From: an uncultured Gemmatimonadaceae bacterium
Lineage (GTDB): Bacteria; Gemmatimonadota; Gemmatimonadetes; Gemmatimonadales; Gemmatimonadaceae
Direction of reading: 5' to 3'
NCBI GenBank assembly: GCA_963829055.1
Contig: CAWHHI010000016.1
Location: forward strand, 96,001-160,000
Length of the DNA stretch: 64,000 bases
A model generated the notes under the pieces. It was not told where the DNA came from. It did not search any database and saw only the letters and a program-made list of their open reading frames with translations. The translations under genes were made by a program, and so were the position numbers. Of this stretch, positions 63,246 to 64,000 are shown in pieces. Every line of letters begins with the position of its first letter. The first letter of the stretch is position 1.

Positions 63246-64000
63246 TTAGGCTGAGGCCACCCCCAGGAACCGCAACGCGCCGCGGACCGCCCCGCGAACC
63301 GGCACGACTTCCTCGGCGCGAATCTGCGCGCCCGGGACAGCCGACTTGAGGCGGTGCTCCAACCGCTTTCGGAGCGCGGAGCCGCGAATCATCAACCCGC
63401 CCGCGAGTGCCACCGGAACCGCCGCGCGCTCGTCCACGAAGAGCTGACGGGCAAGCGTGCGAAGGTGGAGCATGAGCTCCTCCACCGAGAGCGTCAGCAG
63501 TGCGTTGGCTCGCAGGTCGCCTGAATCGGCCACGCTCATCACCACCGGTGCGAGCGTCGCCAGCGTGCTCGGTGTCGCGGCCGCAGCCCACGCGACGAGC
63601 TCGGACACGTCGTTCACTTCGGCCGCGGTCAGGACTGCGCCAGTGAGCGCCGTTTCGGGTTCTCGGCCGTCCGCCGCCGCTGTCACGACGCTCAGCGCCT
63701 TTCGTCCGATCCACGCCCCGCTGCCTTCGTCACCGAAGAACGGGCCCCACCCGCCGCAGCGCGCGAAGTTGCCGGTCGGGCCACGCCCGAACGCGACTGA
63801 TCCCGTGCCGGCGATCAGCAACACGCCAGGCCCTTCGCCGAACGCGTCGTCGAGCGCGACCGTCGCGTCGGCGTGAACCACCACCTCTTCGGCGACGTCG
63901 CGGCTCGCCAGTGCGCGCCAGAGCGCCTGACGCTCCGTGTCGCGACCGACGCCCGCCACGCCGATGCAGACGACTTTCGGTGTGACGTGATTCATGTCGC
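63246..64000 (-). CDS. BadF/BadG/BcrA/BcrD-type N-acetylglucosamine/N-acetylmuramate kinase; 5' end outside the window
   Basis: GVAG, DA, LIAGTGS, GGWGPFFGDEGSGAWIG, LAGGL. Confidence 0.85.
   Translation of the reverse strand, partial: DMNHVTPKVVCIGVAGVGRDTERQALWRALASRDVAEEVVVHADATVALDDAFGEGPGVLLIAGTGSVAFGRGPTGNFARCGGWGPFFGDEGSGAWIGRKALSVVTAAADGREPETALTGAVLTAAEVNDVSELVAWAAAATPSTLATLAPVVMSVADSGDLRANALLTLSVEELMLHLRTLARQLFVDERAAVPVALAGGLMIRGSALRKRLEHRLKSAVPGAQIRAEEVVPVRGAVRGALRFLGVASA

Overview
A high-GC bacterial chromosomal segment; gene content and repeat style suggest Gemmatimonadota (inference). No prophage, integrase, transposase or CRISPR array was seen. It holds secreted peptidases (S9, DmpA/P1, M28), a stand-alone infA, speA, sodA, and a GH38 / peptide-type ABC / heparinase II-III-like lyase / class-III aminotransferase / twin-amidohydrolase cluster. 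It also has a six-gene alternative complex III (actABCDEF) behind a perfect Rex-type operator, tRNA-Ala(TGC), Hsp20, a four-gene HK-RR-RR-HK block, a TonB-ExbB-ExbD-ExbD operon with a sigma54-type promoter, and an APC-hppA-APC-GltP-pntA2-pntB membrane cluster. About 20 single-base frameshifts break otherwise intact genes and most likely reflect long-read assembly error. The strongest unexplained signal is a non-palindromic motif, (C)GTTAGG / CCTAAC(G). I counted it by eye 51 times, on both strands and in several reading frames, where it forces rare codons (TTA, CTA, AGG). This points to a DNA-level recognition or modification system. Several families of REP-like palindromic repeats also fill the intergenic spaces.
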